A stretch of 64,000 nucleotides of DNA. Origin: an uncultured Lachnospiraceae bacterium (GTDB lineage: Bacteria; Bacillota; Clostridia; Christensenellales; UBA1242). The notes beneath the pieces are model-generated. The model searched no databases. It had not been told where the DNA came from and saw nothing but the letters and a program-made list of their open reading frames with translations. Below, piece after piece: positions 62,010 to 64,000 of this stretch. The stretch covers positions 39,330-103,329 of the forward strand of contig CAZSGM010000004.1 of the NCBI GenBank assembly GCA_964606505.1. Direction: 5' to 3'. How positions within the stretch are numbered: the stretch's first letter is position 1; every line of letters begins with the position of its first letter. Both the position numbers and the translations under genes were made by a program.

Positions 62010-63998
62010 TTATTTAATATCCAAGATAACAGTCAAAACTGTTGGATTGCGGCGCGTACGACGATTGAAGAACGACGAAAGCGCTTTACGAACAGTAACT
62101 TTCAAGTTCTGCAAGTCGCAGTTTTTTAGGTCGCTTTGTAGTAATGTTTCGCGAACGAACTGGCGTGCCTCCTCAACAAGGCTAGACGCTTCGGACGCGT
62201 AGACAAGCCCACGAGTTATAATTTCTGGTCCATTCTTAATAACACCTTTCTTTCTATCAATAGCAACAACAGTAACGCACATACCCTCTTCGCTGAGTGT
62301 AAGTCTGTCCTTAAGTACGGAACTATCAATTTCGCCGAAGCCAAGCCCGTCAATAAGTCTTGAACCTGATGGAACTTTCCCAGACTCCTTAAATACGTCC
62401 TTATTAACCTCGATGCAATCGCCGATTTCGCAAATTTTAACGTCGCTTTCGTACATACCGCATGCGAGCGCTAGGTCTTTGTGGTGTTTTAGGTGCTTAT
62501 ATTCGCCGTGTACAGGAACAAAGTATTTTGGACGCAACAAATCGTGCACTTGCTTGATTTCATCATAGTGTCCGTGCCCTGAAACGTGCAAAGGCATTAA
62601 GTATTCATAAATAACATCCGCACCACGCTTAAAGAGTGCGTTGATTGTGTTGTTAACTGCCTTTTCGTTCCCTGGGATTGGCGAACTACTTAAAATGAAG
62701 CAGTCGTTTTCGGTTACGACAACCTTATTAAAGTCGCCGCTAGCGATACGGGACAAACCGCTCATTGGCTCGCCTTGGCTACCCGTTGTTATGATACACA
62801 ACTCGCCATCTGGGAAGTTTTCAATCCTGTCGATGTCAATGACGTTATCCATATTAAAGTGCAATTCATTCAATCTTGAAGCGACTTCCATATTTTTAAT
62901 CATACTACGGCCGCTGAATGCAACTTTTCTTCCGTACTTATCGGCAGTGTTGCAGATTTGCTGAATTCTGTGGACGTTACTAGCGAATGTCGCAACAAAA
63001 ATACGTTTTCCGATGTTTTCGCCAAACAGCGCGTCCAAACTTTCGCCAACGCGACTTTCACTCATTGAGTGCCCCGCCTTTTCAACGTTTGTACTTTCGC
63101 ATAGCAGTAACAAAACGCCCTTGTCGCCGATTTCTTTCATTCTTTGAGTGTCTGCAACTTGCCCGTCAACAGGAGTTAAGTCAATCTTAAAGTCGCCTGT
63201 ATGGAACACAACACCTACAGGGGTCGTTATGGAAACTGCATACGCTCCGACGATACTATGGTTTACGTGCAAGAACTCAACACTAAAGCAGCCGAGGTTA
63301 ACTGTTTCGCGAGGTTTAACTTCAACAAATTTTGCCTTAACCTTAGGATGTTCGCGCAGTTTGTTTTGAATAAACGCGTTTGTCAACTTGCTACCATAAA
63401 CAGGCGCGTGAATTTCGTTCAATGTGTATGGAAGTCCACCGATGTGGTCCTCGTGTCCGTGCGTGATTACAAACCCGCGCACTTTATCCTTGTTTTGCAC
63501 AAGGTAAGTAATATCCGGAACGACAATGTCAATCCCCGGCATATCTTCAGTCGGGAAACTCAACCCTGCGTCAACGACGATAATATCATCGCCATATTCA
63601 AGGACGGTCATATTTTTACCGATTTCGCCAACGCCACCTAAAAACATAACTTTCAAATTGTTAGGGTCGCGCTCAACCAAAAATTCTGGGTTGATTTCCT
63701 CTTCCTTATTATCTTGAGGCATTTTTCTCTTGCTTGCGCCTCTCCTGCCGCCTCTTGACGCAAGTTGTTGTTTTGTGTCGGCGGTATCAAAAAATCTGAT
63801 TTTTGAGCCATTTGCGGTTTCGATTGGTTTGTTTTTATCAGCCTTTGCTTTGTCGCGAGCTGGCAGTTTAGGGTTAACATTTTTGTTCTTGTTGCCCCTT
63901 TTGTTAGGCTGCGCTTGCTTGCTTGTTGCTGGCTGTTTACTAACTACAGGCTGTTTTGCTGCTGTAGGTTGTTTGCCAGTCGCAGGTTGTTTTTTGCT
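62010..63998 (-). CDS. rnj: ribonuclease J; frame open to the window edge, so the true start may lie outside
   Basis: LGGVGEIGKNM, THGHEDHIG, HTGDFK, GSQGEP, HVSGHG, PVHGE; no stop between 63722 and 64000. Confidence 0.95.
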   Translation of the reverse strand, partial: SKKQPATGKQPTAAKQPVVSKQPATSKQAQPNKRGNKNKNVNPKLPARDKAKADKNKPIETANGSKIRFFDTADTKQQLASRGGRRGASKRKMPQDNKEEEINPEFLVERDPNNLKVMFLGGVGEIGKNMTVLEYGDDIIVVDAGLSFPTEDMPGIDIVVPDITYLVQNKDKVRGFVITHGHEDHIGGLPYTLNEIHAPVYGSKLTNAFIQNKLREHPKVKAKFVEVKPRETVNLGCFSVEFLHVNHSIVGAYAVSITTPVGVVFHTGDFKIDLTPVDGQVADTQRMKEIGDKGVLLLLCESTNVEKAGHSMSESRVGESLDALFGENIGKRIFVATFASNVHRIQQICNTADKYGRKVAFSGRSMIKNMEVASRLNELHFNMDNVIDIDRIENFPDGELCIITTGSQGEPMSGLSRIASGDFNKVVVTENDCFILSSSPIPGNEKAVNNTINALFKRGADVIYEYLMPLHVSGHGHYDEIKQVHDLLRPKYFVPVHGEYKHLKHHKDLALACGMYESDVKICEIGDCIEVNKDVFKESGKVPSGSRLIDGLGFGEIDSSVLKDRLTLSEEGMCVTVVAIDRKKGVIKNGPEIITRGLVYASEASSLVEEARQFVRETLLQSDLKNCDLQNLKVTVRKALSSFFNRRTRRNPTVLTVILDIK

Positions 63999-64000
63999 GT

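Noticed and set aside
1-64000. CRISPR array, cas genes, tRNA or rRNA
   Set aside because: No identical direct repeats with unique spacers, no cas-like ORFs, and no tRNA or rRNA signatures seen.

Overview
This is a 64 kb chromosomal segment of a low-GC, probably spore-forming Firmicute (Clostridia-like, with an intact sigK and an ndoA/mazF toxin). Almost all genes lie on the minus strand. The backbone is housekeeping: tig-clpP-clpX, lspA-rluA, ndk, tmk, rlmH, cls, RNase P RNA, ppa, recN, mfd-pth-tadA, ftsA-ftsZ, rsmD, alr, feoAB, a U32 peptidase with trmR, and rnj. Three large surface-protein genes (8375-10295, 22299-23568, 47289-49781) are dispersed in this backbone and appear to form one family. 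Each has a G12-G13 tract in its 5' coding region, read as K-x-GGGG, followed by a long basic leader, a transmembrane segment, a variable GLUG or InlB-B passenger region and a similar C-terminal beta-rich domain. As assembled, two copies are frameshifted OFF at the tract and share an identical 27-nt start cassette containing a 14-bp palindrome; the third is in frame (ON). This is the pattern expected for slipped-strand phase variation, although homopolymer sequencing error cannot be excluded from sequence alone. One copy lies directly downstream of an orphan PrgI-VirB4-like ATPase and a 1037-aa Ig-like membrane protein, with no other conjugation genes in the window. Other oddities are a small membrane gene frameshifted at a G6 run, a palindromic coding repeat shared by unrelated genes, about 1 kb of in-frame Asn/Cys-rich insertion in FeoB, a cofactor-less RnfC remnant and a divergent antitoxin candidate.
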